Shown: piece by piece, positions 17,071-27,958 of the stretch
Position numbering within the stretch: the stretch's first letter is position 1
How the letters are laid out: every line of letters starts with the position of its first letter
Source of the DNA: an uncultured Rickettsiales bacterium
Lineage (GTDB): Bacteria > Pseudomonadota > Alphaproteobacteria > Rickettsiales > RGZB01
DNA: 64,000 nucleotides
Assembly (NCBI GenBank): GCA_964467255.1
Contig: CAYXPR010000001.1
Coordinates: 173,163 to 237,162 of the forward strand
Direction of reading: 5' to 3'
Translations under genes and position numbers: made by a program
Notes under the pieces: model-generated
The model's input: only the letters and a program-made list of their open reading frames with translations
Databases searched by the model: none
What the model was told of the DNA's origin: nothing

Positions 17071-18818
17071 GTATCGGAAGAGATTTCGGTCATGCACATA
17101 ACAAAAAGTTTGTTTCGGTTGATGGTGCTGTAAAACAAACTCTGGATATCAGCCGCCCTCGTATTATTTTCATCTGCGCCTTTTTCTGCCTCGCTTACAT
17201 CGCCTTAGCAATTCGTTTACTAGAACTTGGCACCGCCGGTAGTGCCGAAGAGGTAATGAATCGCCGCGTGGTGCCGATGATGCCAGAGTTTCATCTTTCG
17301 CGCGGTGCGATTGTGGATCGCAATGGCGAAATGATTGCCACGAACCTCACCACCGCCTCGCTCTATGCCAATGCCCGTGAAGTGATTGATGCCGAAGAGG
17401 CGGCCAAACAGCTTACGCATGTTTTTCCGTCGCTGAGCTACCAAGAGCTGCATGAAAAACTAACGTCTAAAAAATCCTTCGTATGGCTGAAACGTAAAAT
17501 TACGCCGAAAGAGCAGGAAGTGGTCAATACGCTTGGCATTCCCGGCTTATATTTCCAGCGTGAAGAAAAGCGCGTTTATCCGCACGGCAATGTGGTGTCG
17601 CATGTTTTAGGCATGGTCGGCATGGATGGCCGCGGGCTGATGGGTATCGAAAAATCGTATGATGCTTATCTGCAGTCGGAAGAAAACATGACGCATCCGC
17701 TGGTGCTTTCGATGGATGTGCGCGTGCAGAATATTTTGCACGAAGAGCTTATGTCGGCGATGCATCAGTTCCGTGCACTAGGTGCTGCGGGCGTGATTAT
17801 GGATGCCAATAATGGTGAGGTGATTGCCATGGCATCGCTGCCGGATTTTGACCCCAATAACCCCGCCCGAGTGGATCAGGAAGCTACATTTAATCGCGCC
17901 ACGCTAGGTGTGTATGAAATGGGTTCCACGTTTAAGGCATTTACCACCGCGCAGGCGCTAGACCAAAAAATTGTGAAGCTGAACGATAGTTACGATGCCA
18001 CTAAGCCATTGGTGTTTGGCCGCCACCGCATCAGCGACTTTCACCCCGAAAACCGCTGGTTGACCATTCCGGAAATTTTTGTGCATTCCTCAAACATCGG
18101 CACGGCGCGCATGGCGATTGATATCGGCGAAAAGCGCCAACGTGCGTTTATGGAAAAGCTGGGAATGCTGAAGCCGCTCGCAACCGATTTACCAGAACGC
18201 GGTAGCCCATTATTCCCTGAAAAATGGCGCCGCATTAACGCGATGACGATTGCCTATGGCCACGGTATTGCGGTAACGCCGATGCATCTGGTGCGCGCCA
18301 CTGCGGCGATGGTAAACGGCGGCTACCTGATGACGCCGACCTTCGTAAAGCAGAAAGACGGAGAGCCATTGGTGAAAGAACAGGTTATCAACAACCGCAC
18401 CTCTGCCATTATGCGCAAGCTCTACCAAAAAGTGGTGTATGAGGGTACGGGCGGCAAGGCAAAAGCAGAAGGTTATCTGGTGGGCGGCAAAACCGGTACG
18501 GCGGAAAAGCTAGAAAATGGGCGCTATAAGCCCGGTGCCACGCTTTCCTCCTTTGTGGGTGCATTCCCGATTGATAACCCGCAATATGTGATTTTCGTGG
18601 TGGTGGACGAACCTAAGGGTGATGCCTCTACCTTTGGTTTCGCAACGGGTGGCTACACAGCCGCGCCAGTGGTGGGTTCAGTGGTAAGGCGTATCGCCCC
18701 GATGCTTGGCATTATGCCAACGGTGATTCAGCAGGAGGCAGCCATTAGCCCCAAGGCTTCGGCTAAGGCGAAGGCAGGTGCAGCTCATGTGAAGGAGCCC
18801 GCCCTTGCAGCTAACTAA
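17067..18818 (+). CDS. ftsI: Peptidoglycan D,D-transpeptidase FtsI (PBP3)
   Basis: Class B PBP motifs STFK (GSTFKAF), SSN (HSSNIG) and KTGT (GGKTGTAE), plus an N-terminal TM anchor. The only canonical start is a GTG overlapping the ftsL stop, so the start is somewhat uncertain. Confidence 0.92.
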   Translation: MSIGRDFGHAHNKKFVSVDGAVKQTLDISRPRIIFICAFFCLAYIALAIRLLELGTAGSAEEVMNRRVVPMMPEFHLSRGAIVDRNGEMIATNLTTASLYANAREVIDAEEAAKQLTHVFPSLSYQELHEKLTSKKSFVWLKRKITPKEQEVVNTLGIPGLYFQREEKRVYPHGNVVSHVLGMVGMDGRGLMGIEKSYDAYLQSEENMTHPLVLSMDVRVQNILHEELMSAMHQFRALGAAGVIMDANNGEVIAMASLPDFDPNNPARVDQEATFNRATLGVYEMGSTFKAFTTAQALDQKIVKLNDSYDATKPLVFGRHRISDFHPENRWLTIPEIFVHSSNIGTARMAIDIGEKRQRAFMEKLGMLKPLATDLPERGSPLFPEKWRRINAMTIAYGHGIAVTPMHLVRATAAMVNGGYLMTPTFVKQKDGEPLVKEQVINNRTSAIMRKLYQKVVYEGTGGKAKAEGYLVGGKTGTAEKLENGRYKPGATLSSFVGAFPIDNPQYVIFVVVDEPKGDASTFGFATGGYTAAPVVGSVVRRIAPMLGIMPTVIQQEAAISPKASAKAKAGAAHVKEPALAAN

Positions 18819-20286
18819 ACTGATTGAGATTGGCGTTAGCCTTGAAGTATCCGGTATTGCTACCGCCAGCGTGGACGTTCGCGGCTTAACCGAAGATTCG
18901 CGCGAGGTGGAAGAAGGTTTTTTATTTGCCGCCTTCCAAGGCACCAGCGTGCATGGCGGAAAATTCGTTCCTGATGTGATTAAAAAAGGTGCGAAGGTAA
19001 TTCTGACAGACCGCGAAACGGCAGTGGATGATAAAGACGTTGCGGTGCTGCGGCACGAAAACCCGCGTTTTATATTAGGTCTGCTTGCGGCAAAATATTT
19101 TGGCCGCCAGCCGGAAGTGATTGCGGCGGTGACGGGCACGAACGGTAAAACATCTACGGCACATTTTATTCGCCAGCTCTGGCATTTTTCCGGCCGTCAG
19201 GCAGCAAGCCTTGGTACGCTGGGGCTGATAAAAGGTATGAACACTCCGCAGAACGAGCAGAAGGCGATGACCACGCCGGACGTGGTGCATCTGCACAAAA
19301 CGCTCAAAGGTTTACAACTGGCAGGCATCACCCATTTGGCGATGGAAGCCTCAAGTCATGGGCTTGACCAATACCGCATGGCAGGCGCGAATATTAAAAT
19401 TGGTGCGTTCACCAATTTCACCCGCGACCACATGGATTACCATAAAACGGAAGAGCATTATTTTGATTCCAAAATGAAGCTGTTTACCGAAACCATGCCG
19501 CAAGGCAGCCACGCTGTGCTGAATGCCGATATTCCGGAATATGCAAAAATCAAAGCGCTTTGCGAGGCGCGCCAGCACAAGGTGATTGCTTACGGTAAAG
19601 CAGCGGAAGATGATTTGCGCCTGATCAGCATCAGCCCGCGCGAAGATGGGCAGGAAATGCACTTCATGCTGGAGGGCAAAGACCGCCGCGTGGTGGTGCC
19701 GCTCTTGGGTGAATTCCAGATTTCAAACCTGATGTGCGCCATGGGTGTGATGAAAGCCAATGGTATGTCTGCCGAAATGCTGATGGCGGCAGTACGCCGC
19801 GTGACGCCGGTGACAGGTCGTATGGAAAAAGTGGGCACACATGCCAGCGGCGCAAACGTGTATGTGGATTATGCACACACGCCGGATGCGCTCGCGAAAG
19901 TGTTAACGGCACTGCGCCCGCACGTGGCGGAGAGCGCAAAACTGATGGTGCTATTTGGCTGCGGTGGTGATAGAGACAAAGGCAAGCGCCCGCAAATGGG
20001 TGAGATTGCCTGCCGCTTAGCGGATAAAGTGGTGGTAACAGACGATAATCCACGCACTGAAAATGCAGCGACCATCCGCAAGGAAATTATGAAAGCCTGC
20101 AACGACAAAGCCGAAGAAATTGCAGGCCGCGAGGATGCGATAAAAAAAACCATCAAGACGCTCAAAAAAGGTGACTTGCTGCTGCTAGCTGGCAAGGGCC
20201 ATGAGAAGTATCAGATTATCGGCAAAGAAACCTTGCCGTTTGATGAAGTCGAAATTGCAGGCAACCTGCTGGAGCGTGAAGAATGA
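18805..20286 (+). CDS. murE: UDP-N-acetylmuramoyl-L-alanyl-D-glutamate--2,6-diaminopimelate ligase
   Basis: GTNGKTST P-loop and DDNPRTE motif. TTG start with SD GAAGGAG 7 nt upstream. Confidence 0.93.
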   Translation: MQLTKLIEIGVSLEVSGIATASVDVRGLTEDSREVEEGFLFAAFQGTSVHGGKFVPDVIKKGAKVILTDRETAVDDKDVAVLRHENPRFILGLLAAKYFGRQPEVIAAVTGTNGKTSTAHFIRQLWHFSGRQAASLGTLGLIKGMNTPQNEQKAMTTPDVVHLHKTLKGLQLAGITHLAMEASSHGLDQYRMAGANIKIGAFTNFTRDHMDYHKTEEHYFDSKMKLFTETMPQGSHAVLNADIPEYAKIKALCEARQHKVIAYGKAAEDDLRLISISPREDGQEMHFMLEGKDRRVVVPLLGEFQISNLMCAMGVMKANGMSAEMLMAAVRRVTPVTGRMEKVGTHASGANVYVDYAHTPDALAKVLTALRPHVAESAKLMVLFGCGGDRDKGKRPQMGEIACRLADKVVVTDDNPRTENAATIRKEIMKACNDKAEEIAGREDAIKKTIKTLKKGDLLLLAGKGHEKYQIIGKETLPFDEVEIAGNLLEREE

Positions 20287-21689
20287 GTACAACCGTGTTA
20301 TGGCAGGGCAGTGAGATTGCAAAAGCATGCGGCGGTGTGCTGAAGAAGCCATTTGCCGTGGAAGGTGTTTCGATTGACTCCCGCACCGTGAAGAAAGGCG
20401 ACTTGTTCGTGGCGCTGAAAGGTGACCGTTTTGACGGGCATGATTATGTGAAGGATGTGCTGGCCGCTGGCGCTGCCGGTGCGCTGGTGAGTGCCGTGCC
20501 GAACGGTGTGGCAGCGGATGCACCATTGGTTATGGTGAAGGATGTGCAGCAGGCATTAGAGGTGCTGGGCAAAGCTGCACGTGTGCGCAGCCAAGCAAAA
20601 TTTGTGGCGGTCACGGGTAGCGTGGGTAAAACCAGCACGAAAGAAATGCTGCATGTGATGCTGCAAGACCAAGGCAAAACACACGCGACCATTGGCAACC
20701 TGAATAACCATATCGGCCTGCCGCTTTCACTGACGCGCATGCCGCAGGATACCGCTTACGGGGTGTTTGAACTGGGCATGAATCATGCTGGTGAAATTTC
20801 TGTGCTGACGAAAATACTGCGCCCGCATGTGGCGGTGATTACTACCGTGGAAGCGGTGCATATCGAGTTTTTTGATTCTGTAGCGGGCATCGCCCGTGCG
20901 AAGGCTGAAATTATGGAAGGGCTTGAAGAAGGTGGCATTGCGGTGCTGCCGCTTAATAACCCACATTTTGGCGTACTGAAAGCCGAGGCAGAGAAGCATA
21001 AAGTAGCGCGTATTTTGACCTTTGGCGTTTCAAAGGATGCCGATTTCAGGTTGATGGATTATCGCCCCACGCGCGAAGGTAGTCAGGTGGTGGCGCAGTG
21101 TGAAGGTGTGGAGATACGCTATGAAACGGGGATGCTCGGCAAGCATCAGGCGGTGAATAGCCTTGCGGCGCTAGCGGCAGTGAAAGCGATGGGCGGTGAT
21201 GTGAAGCAGGCTGCGCAGTCGCTTAAAAAAGCAACGCCTGCAAAAGGACGCGGCAGACTGATGCAGGTGAAAATCGGCGGCAAAAAAATTACGCTGCTGG
21301 ATGATAGTTATAATGCCAGCCCCGCCTCGATGCGCGCAGGCATGGCTGTGCTGGCAGAACTGGCAAGTGCCTTAAAGGCAAGACCGGTTGCCGCGCTCGG
21401 CGATATGCGTGAACTGGGCGAGAACTCGCAGAAGTTTCATGAGGGTTTGGCGGAAGCTGTGGTGGGCAACGGCATTAAACAGGTCTTTACGGCAGGGCAG
21501 TGGATGCGGTATCTACATAACGCGCTGCCGACAGAAAAAAAAGCGGGCCATGTGGATGAGCCGCTCAAACTGATTCCGCTGCTGGAAAATGATTTAAAGG
21601 AAAACGATGTGCTGCTGGTAAAGGGTTCTAACGGTAGCCTGATGTGGAAATTAGTTGAAGCCGTTGCTTCAAACAAAACAGGAGTGTAA
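20283..21689 (+). CDS. murF: UDP-N-acetylmuramoyl-tripeptide--D-alanyl-D-alanine ligase
   Basis: GSVGKTSTKEM P-loop. ATGA overlap with murE. 468 aa. Confidence 0.93.
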   Translation: MSTTVLWQGSEIAKACGGVLKKPFAVEGVSIDSRTVKKGDLFVALKGDRFDGHDYVKDVLAAGAAGALVSAVPNGVAADAPLVMVKDVQQALEVLGKAARVRSQAKFVAVTGSVGKTSTKEMLHVMLQDQGKTHATIGNLNNHIGLPLSLTRMPQDTAYGVFELGMNHAGEISVLTKILRPHVAVITTVEAVHIEFFDSVAGIARAKAEIMEGLEEGGIAVLPLNNPHFGVLKAEAEKHKVARILTFGVSKDADFRLMDYRPTREGSQVVAQCEGVEIRYETGMLGKHQAVNSLAALAAVKAMGGDVKQAAQSLKKATPAKGRGRLMQVKIGGKKITLLDDSYNASPASMRAGMAVLAELASALKARPVAALGDMRELGENSQKFHEGLAEAVVGNGIKQVFTAGQWMRYLHNALPTEKKAGHVDEPLKLIPLLENDLKENDVLLVKGSNGSLMWKLVEAVASNKTGV

Positions 21690-21692
21690 CCG

Positions 21693-22781
21693 GTGCTGTA
21701 TCATCTTCTCGTACCATTCGCGCAGGAACATATTTTTTTCAACGTGTTCCGCTACATTACCTTCCGCAGCATGGGTGCCGTTCTTACCGCGCTGATTTTT
21801 TGTTTTATCGTGGGGCCGCGCCTGATTGTGTGGCTGAAATCCAAACAAGGCAAAGGCCAACCGATTCGTGATGACGGTCCGCAAAGCCATCTACTGACTA
21901 AGCAAGGCACACCCACGATGGGTGGTTTGCTTATTCTGATGAGCATCTGTTTTTCCACCCTGCTGTGGGCGGACCTTTCAAACCATTATATCTGGATTAC
22001 ACTACTGGTGACGCTGGGTTATGCGTTCCTCGGCTTTATGGATGATTACCTGAAGGTGACGAAGCGCAACACCAAAGGGCTTTCCGGTAAAAAGAAACTG
22101 CTCGGCCAGTTTGCGATTGGTACGGCCGCGACGCTGTGGATTATGAGCATTGCACCGGAATCGCAAGCCACACATCTGGCGTTACCGTTTTTTAAATCAC
22201 TGCTGATTGATTTGGGCTGGTTTTACTTACCATTTATTCTGGTGGTGCTGGTGGGTGCGTCAAATGCCGTAAATCTGACGGATGGGCTCGACGGCCTTGC
22301 GATTGTACCGGTGATGATTGCCTGTGCGTGCTTCGCGCTAATTTCTTACCTTACAGGCAATGCGGTATTTGCGAACTACCTGCAAATTCACGCGGTGCCC
22401 GGTGCGGGTGAGCTGACGGTGCTGTGCGCTGCCACCATTGGCAGCGGGCTTGGCTTTTTATGGTATAACGCACCGCCGGCCCGCATCTTTATGGGTGACG
22501 TGGGTAGCCTTGCGCTTGGCGGCCTTATCGGCACGATTGCCGTGATTACCAAGCACGAAATTGTGCTCGCCATTATCGGCGGCCTGTTCGTGATGGAAGC
22601 GCTCTCGGTGATGATTCAGGTTGCCTCGTATAAAACGCGCAAGAAGCGCGTATTCGCTATGGCGCCGATTCACCATCACTTCGAGAAAAAAGGCTGGTCG
22701 GAACCCACCGTGGTGGTGCGCTTCTGGATTATTGCCGTGGTGTTTGCACTCATCGGCCTTGCCACGCTGAAGCTGAGATAA
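21693..22781 (+). CDS. mraY: Phospho-N-acetylmuramoyl-pentapeptide transferase
   Basis: Polytopic, with [13 protein letters not shown] and [11 protein letters not shown] motifs. GTG start with SD CAGGAG. Confidence 0.94.
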   Translation: MLYHLLVPFAQEHIFFNVFRYITFRSMGAVLTALIFCFIVGPRLIVWLKSKQGKGQPIRDDGPQSHLLTKQGTPTMGGLLILMSICFSTLLWADLSNHYIWITLLVTLGYAFLGFMDDYLKVTKRNTKGLSGKKKLLGQFAIGTAATLWIMSIAPESQATHLALPFFKSLLIDLGWFYLPFILVVLVGASNAVNLTDGLDGLAIVPVMIACACFALISYLTGNAVFANYLQIHAVPGAGELTVLCAATIGSGLGFLWYNAPPARIFMGDVGSLALGGLIGTIAVITKHEIVLAIIGGLFVMEALSVMIQVASYKTRKKRVFAMAPIHHHFEKKGWSEPTVVVRFWIIAVVFALIGLATLKLR

Positions 22782-22784
22782 ACC

Positions 22785-24164
22785 ATGCTGACCGTTCCTG
22801 ATTTTAGCGGCAAAACCGTTGCGGTATTCGGGCTTGGAAAAGCTGGACTCGCGTCGGTGGCGCTGCTGCATAACTCAGGCGCGCGCGTGCTGGCGTGGGA
22901 TGATAATGATGCCAGCCGCTCTGCGCTGCTGAAACAGCCCTATGCTTCAGATGTGCTGATTGCCCCGCCGGAAAGTTACCAGTGGTATGATATTGCGGCG
23001 TTGGTGCTAAGCCCCGGTATTCCGTTCACGCACCCTGAGCCGCACAAAATAGTAAAGCTGGCTACCGCAGCCCGCTGCCCGATTATCTGCGATGTGGATT
23101 TGCTCTACCGCGCCTGCCCACATGCGCGGTTTGTGGGCATTACCGGCACGAATGGAAAATCCACCACCACGGCGCTGATTGGCCATTTGTTTAAAACAGC
23201 AGGAATTCCGACAGAAGTGGGTGGTAATATCGGTGTCGCTGCTTCTGATCTGAAGGAGCTGGATGCTAAAGGCACGTATGTGATTGAGCTTTCCTCCTAT
23301 CAGCTGGATTTGATGGAGCGTTTTCATGCGAACATGGCGGTGTTTTTGAACCTGACGCCCGACCATTTGGACCGTCATGGCGATATGGAAGGGTATCTGA
23401 AAGCTAAGATGCATATTTTTGACCGCCAGTCGCGCCGCGATGTGGCGATTATTGCTGTGGATGATGCGTTTACGCAGTTTGCCTATAAAAGGCTCGAAAA
23501 ACTTGGCCGCCAGCAACTGGTTGCCGTTTCCGCCACGCGAGAACTGGACAAGGGTGTCTATGTGCTGAAAGGCGAAGTGCATATCCGCCTGCCGGTGAAG
23601 CGTGCGGATTTCGGTTTGGGGCACCTAATACATTTGCGCGGCCAGCATAACTGGCAGAATATTGCCGCAGCCGTTGCCACGCTGGTGATGGCAGGTGTGC
23701 CCGTAGCGGTGATTGAAAAAGGCATTAAGTCATTCGTTGGGTTGCCGCACCGCATTCAACAGGTGGCGGAAAAAAATGGCGTACTCTTTATTAACGATAG
23801 TAAAGCCACCAATGCCGAAGCAGCAGAAAAAGCCATTAGTGCATTTGACAGCGTATTGCTGATTGCTGGTGGAAAACCTAAAGCGGGTGGCATTAAAATG
23901 CTCGAGCCGCTCTTTAAGCGCTTGAAGCATGTGTACTTGATTGGTGATGCCGCGCAGGAATTTGCCACCACACTGCAGGGCAAAGTGCCATTCACGCATT
24001 GTGGTACGCTCGATAAAGCAGTTGCCGCTGCGGCAAAAGAAGCATTCGCTACCCAAGGAAAAAAGCCTGTGGTATTGTTATCGCCAGCGTGCGCGTCCTT
24101 CGACCAGTTTAAAAGCTACGAGGATCGCGGCGAGCAATTTATTCAGCTCGTGAAGGCGCTCTAA
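22785..24164 (+). CDS. murD: UDP-N-acetylmuramoylalanine--D-glutamate ligase
   Basis: GITGTNGKSTT P-loop, Mur ligase architecture, position after mraY. Confidence 0.93.
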   Translation: MLTVPDFSGKTVAVFGLGKAGLASVALLHNSGARVLAWDDNDASRSALLKQPYASDVLIAPPESYQWYDIAALVLSPGIPFTHPEPHKIVKLATAARCPIICDVDLLYRACPHARFVGITGTNGKSTTTALIGHLFKTAGIPTEVGGNIGVAASDLKELDAKGTYVIELSSYQLDLMERFHANMAVFLNLTPDHLDRHGDMEGYLKAKMHIFDRQSRRDVAIIAVDDAFTQFAYKRLEKLGRQQLVAVSATRELDKGVYVLKGEVHIRLPVKRADFGLGHLIHLRGQHNWQNIAAAVATLVMAGVPVAVIEKGIKSFVGLPHRIQQVAEKNGVLFINDSKATNAEAAEKAISAFDSVLLIAGGKPKAGGIKMLEPLFKRLKHVYLIGDAAQEFATTLQGKVPFTHCGTLDKAVAAAAKEAFATQGKKPVVLLSPACASFDQFKSYEDRGEQFIQLVKAL

Positions 24165-24189
24165 CGTAACCATAGAATGTCTGCGGCAC

Positions 24190-25326
24190 ATGCTCAGCAA
24201 GTTCAGTATCGGGCTGGATAGGACGAACACCAATTTTATCGGTCAATGGTGGTGGACGGTAGATCGCTGGCTACTGGCTGCCGTTGGTTCGCTCATGTTT
24301 TTGGGTGCGGTGCTGATTATGGCTTCCAGCCATGCCGTGGCCGAGCGCATTGGCCTGCATCCGTTTTATTTCGCCAACCGTCAGCTATTTTTTTTAGTGA
24401 TAGGTATCGGCTTCCTGTTTTTATTTTCGATGCTGAACCAAGTGCAGATGCGCCGCGTGGCGGTGATATCGTTTGCGCTGAGCATGATATTGCTCATGCT
24501 GCTACCGCTGATTGGTGATGAAACCAAAGGCGCCCGCCGCTGGATTGATGTGTTTGGTACATCCATTCAGCCCTCTGAAATTGCCAAACCATTTTTTACG
24601 GTGGTAATGGCCTGGGTGCTTTCGCTGATGCACACGAAGCAAGCATTTCCCGGCTTTAAGATTGCCACTGGCGTGTATCTGCTCACAGTACTTTTTTTAG
24701 TGATACAGCCCGATATTGGCATGACGGTGGTCTACACCGTGGTGTGGGGTGCGATGATGTTTTTAGCGGGCATGCCGGTGCTGATTGCAGCCATATTGGC
24801 AGGGCTTGGTATACTGGGGATGGTGGCGGCCTATTTTGTTTTTCCGCACGTGAGTCAGCGTATCAATACATTCCTTGACCCAACGAAGGGTGATAATTAT
24901 CAGGTAAATAAATCGCTGCAATCGTTTGCCAATGGCGGCCTGCTGGGGCAGGGGCCGGGCGATGGTGAAATCAAGGCATCACTGCCGGACTCGCACACCG
25001 ATTTTATTTTTGCCGTGGCAGGGGAAGAACTGGGCGTAATTGCCTGCATCGGCATTGTGAGTATTTTCGCCTTTATTTTGCTGCGCGGCTTCCGGCGCGC
25101 GATGCAGGAAAATGATTTGTTTGTGGTATACGCCTTGGCAGGCTTGCTGATTCAATTTGGTTTTCAGGCGCTGGTGAATATGGGGGTGGCGGTGAACCTG
25201 CTACCTAATAAAGGCATTACATTGCCATTCATTAGCTATGGCGGGTCGTCGATGATTTCCGTTAGCATCACCATGGGGATGGTGCTGGGTTTAACACGAA
25301 GGCGTTTCGGTACACTGCATCGTTGA
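24190..25326 (+). CDS. ftsW: SEDS-family peptidoglycan polymerase FtsW
   Basis: 378-aa polytopic SEDS protein (PDSHTDFIFAVAGEELG, LPFISYGGSS) between murD and murG. Confidence 0.92.
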   Translation: MLSKFSIGLDRTNTNFIGQWWWTVDRWLLAAVGSLMFLGAVLIMASSHAVAERIGLHPFYFANRQLFFLVIGIGFLFLFSMLNQVQMRRVAVISFALSMILLMLLPLIGDETKGARRWIDVFGTSIQPSEIAKPFFTVVMAWVLSLMHTKQAFPGFKIATGVYLLTVLFLVIQPDIGMTVVYTVVWGAMMFLAGMPVLIAAILAGLGILGMVAAYFVFPHVSQRINTFLDPTKGDNYQVNKSLQSFANGGLLGQGPGDGEIKASLPDSHTDFIFAVAGEELGVIACIGIVSIFAFILLRGFRRAMQENDLFVVYALAGLLIQFGFQALVNMGVAVNLLPNKGITLPFISYGGSSMISVSITMGMVLGLTRRRFGTLHR

Positions 25327-25339
25327 GGGAGAGATTAGT

Positions 25340-26440
25340 ATGAAAAAAGGTACGATTGTTTTGGCATCCGGCGGTACGGGTGGGCATATTTTTCCCGCAG
25401 AAGCACTGGCAGAGGAACTGAACATCCGTGGTTATCGTACCGTGTTAGTGACGGACAGCCGCCACCAGAATTACGGCGGTAAAACCTCGGCGCAGAAAAC
25501 GTACATCATTCAAAGTAGCAGTTTTGCAGGCAATATACTGAAACGCTTGAAAGGCTTTGCCAGCCTGTTCATCGGGTTTTTTCAATCCATCCGCGCCCTA
25601 CGCAAGGAAACCCCTGCGGTGGTGGTGGGATTTGGCGGATACCCTTCATTTCCGACCATGGTTGCCGCGCATGTGATGAGTTGTAAGATGATAATTCATG
25701 AGCAGAACTCGATGCTAGGTAAGGCCAATGTGGTGCTGGCGCCGAAGGTGAATACAATTGCGACGTCGTTTGATGATGTGAAGGGCATTGCTGAGGGTGA
25801 TAAAGCAAAAGTGAAGCTTACGGGTAATCCGGTGCGCCCTGCCATTCGCGCGCTGAATGACTTGCCGTATCCCGACATCAGCGAAGACGGCATGTTCCGC
25901 ATTCTGGTGACAGGCGGTAGCCAAGGTGCTTCGGTGTTTTCAAAGGTAGTGCCGGAGGCAATTGGCTTGTTGCCGCAGTCGATGCGTAGCCGCATCCGCG
26001 TGGACCAGCAATGCCGGCCGGATGATATCAGCGCAGCCCGCGCGGCCTATGACGCGCTTGGTGTGAGCGCAGACCTTGCGACCTTCTTTACCGATATGCC
26101 GGTGCGCATCGCGAGCGCCCATTTGCTGATTGTACGCTCCGGGGCTTCCACGCTGGCGGAGCTGACCGTGGCTGGAAGGCCAGCCATTATGGTGCCATAC
26201 CCCCATTCAGCGGATAACCACCAGATGGCAAATGCCACCGCGCTGGAAGATAAAGGCGTCGGCTGGGTAATGCCGCAGGAAGCGTTTACACCCGAGGCGC
26301 TTTCCGCACGCATTGAATCGTTCCTGAACTTACCTTCTACCTTGAAAGACGCAGCAGAAAAGTCTAAACAGGCAGGGGTGCCGGATGCAGCAAAAAATCT
26401 GGCCAATTGCGTAGAAGCATTAATCGCCGCGCCGCGCTAA
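25340..26440 (+). CDS. murG: Lipid II synthase MurG (UDP-GlcNAc transferase)
   Basis: ASGGTGGHIFPA N-terminal motif, and GASTLAELTVAGRPAIMVPYP in the C-terminal domain. Confidence 0.93.
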   Translation: MKKGTIVLASGGTGGHIFPAEALAEELNIRGYRTVLVTDSRHQNYGGKTSAQKTYIIQSSSFAGNILKRLKGFASLFIGFFQSIRALRKETPAVVVGFGGYPSFPTMVAAHVMSCKMIIHEQNSMLGKANVVLAPKVNTIATSFDDVKGIAEGDKAKVKLTGNPVRPAIRALNDLPYPDISEDGMFRILVTGGSQGASVFSKVVPEAIGLLPQSMRSRIRVDQQCRPDDISAARAAYDALGVSADLATFFTDMPVRIASAHLLIVRSGASTLAELTVAGRPAIMVPYPHSADNHQMANATALEDKGVGWVMPQEAFTPEALSARIESFLNLPSTLKDAAEKSKQAGVPDAAKNLANCVEALIAAPR

Positions 26441-26467
26441 TTATAATTTATTGTAACGGAGTTTCAC

Positions 26468-27958
26468 TTGCCCGCAGCCCGCAAAAAAACCGCTTCTGTA
26501 AAATCATTCCGCCGTTCACTTCCGGCAAAGACCATGCCGCTTGAGGTGGGCACGATTCATATTATCGGTATCGGCGGCATCGGTATGAGCGGTATTGCAG
26601 AAATTCTGCATAACCTCGGCTACCGCGTGACGGGCTCTGATATGTCAGAGAACGCGAACGTGGTGCGCCTCAAGGGCATGGGCATCCGCGTGGATATTGG
26701 TCATAAGGCGGAGAATGTGAAAGACGCATCGGTGGTGGTGAAATCCACCGCTGTGCCGAATACGAATCCTGAAATTGTGGCCGCGCGCGATTTGCGTATT
26801 CCGGTGGTGAAGCGCGCCGAAATGCTGGCCGAGCTGGCGCGCTTGAAAGCCACAGTGGCGATTGCAGGCACGCACGGTAAAACCACCACCACATCGTTGG
26901 TGGCGCTGATGTTTGAATCGGGCGGGAAAAACCCCACGGTGATTAACGGCGGTATTATCAACGCCTATGGTACGAATGCCTATCTAGGCAAGGGTGAATG
27001 GCTCGTGGTGGAAGCCGATGAATCAGATGGTACCTTTATCAAACTGCCATCCACCATTGGGGTGATTACGAATATCGACCCTGAACATTTGGATTACTGG
27101 GGCACATTCGATGCGCTCCGCACGGGCTTCCGTACGTTTATCGAGAACCTGCCGTTCTATGGCCTTGCCGTGCTGTGCAACGACCATGCCGAAGTGCGCG
27201 CCATGATGAAGCATATTACTGACCGCCGCATCATTACCTATGGTATTGACCGCGAGGCGGACATTATGGGCACGAATCTGCGTAGCGATGTGTCGGGCAC
27301 CACGTTTGACGTGAAGATTGCGGAGTCTGTTTCCGGCGGCAAAGCCTATGTGCTGAAAAATGTGAAGCTGCCCGTGCCTGGCAGGCACAATGTGCAGAAC
27401 TCGCTGGCAGCGATTGCGATTGGTCTTGAGTTGAAATTTGGCGATGAGGTGATTCGCGACGGCTTTAAAAAATTCGCGGGCGTGAAGCGCCGCTTTACCC
27501 GCACGGGTGAGGTGGATGGCGTGACGGTGATTGATGATTACGGCCACCACCCCGAAGAAATTAAAGCCACGCTACGCGCGGGGCGCGACGTGCTAAAGGG
27601 AAGCAAGGGGCGCATTATTGCCGTGGTACAGCCGCACCGCTACTCGCGCTTAAACAGCTTGTTTGAACAATTCTGCCAGTGTTTTAAAGATGCTGACCAT
27701 GTGATTATCTCTGAGGTGTATGCGGCGGGCGAGAAACCAATCCCCGGCGTGACGGGTGATGCGCTGGTGGAGGGTGTGAAGGCGCAGAGCAAGAGTGCAG
27801 AGTTCCTTGAATCACCGGAACGTTTGGCGACGTTGGTGCATAAGCAGGCTAAAGATGGCGACCTTGTGATTTGCCTTGGCGCCGGTAGCGTGACCACATG
27901 GGCCGCACAACTGCCACAGCAGCTTGCTGAACTCCGCGGAAAGAAAGTAAAGAAATAA
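26468..27958 (+). CDS. murC: UDP-N-acetylmuramate--L-alanine ligase
   Basis: IHIIGIGGIGMSGIAE and GTHGKTTTT motifs. TTG start with SD ACGGAG. An alternative ATG lies at 26534. Confidence 0.92.
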   Translation: MPAARKKTASVKSFRRSLPAKTMPLEVGTIHIIGIGGIGMSGIAEILHNLGYRVTGSDMSENANVVRLKGMGIRVDIGHKAENVKDASVVVKSTAVPNTNPEIVAARDLRIPVVKRAEMLAELARLKATVAIAGTHGKTTTTSLVALMFESGGKNPTVINGGIINAYGTNAYLGKGEWLVVEADESDGTFIKLPSTIGVITNIDPEHLDYWGTFDALRTGFRTFIENLPFYGLAVLCNDHAEVRAMMKHITDRRIITYGIDREADIMGTNLRSDVSGTTFDVKIAESVSGGKAYVLKNVKLPVPGRHNVQNSLAAIAIGLELKFGDEVIRDGFKKFAGVKRRFTRTGEVDGVTVIDDYGHHPEEIKATLRAGRDVLKGSKGRIIAVVQPHRYSRLNSLFEQFCQCFKDADHVIISEVYAAGEKPIPGVTGDALVEGVKAQSKSAEFLESPERLATLVHKQAKDGDLVICLGAGSVTTWAAQLPQQLAELRGKKVKK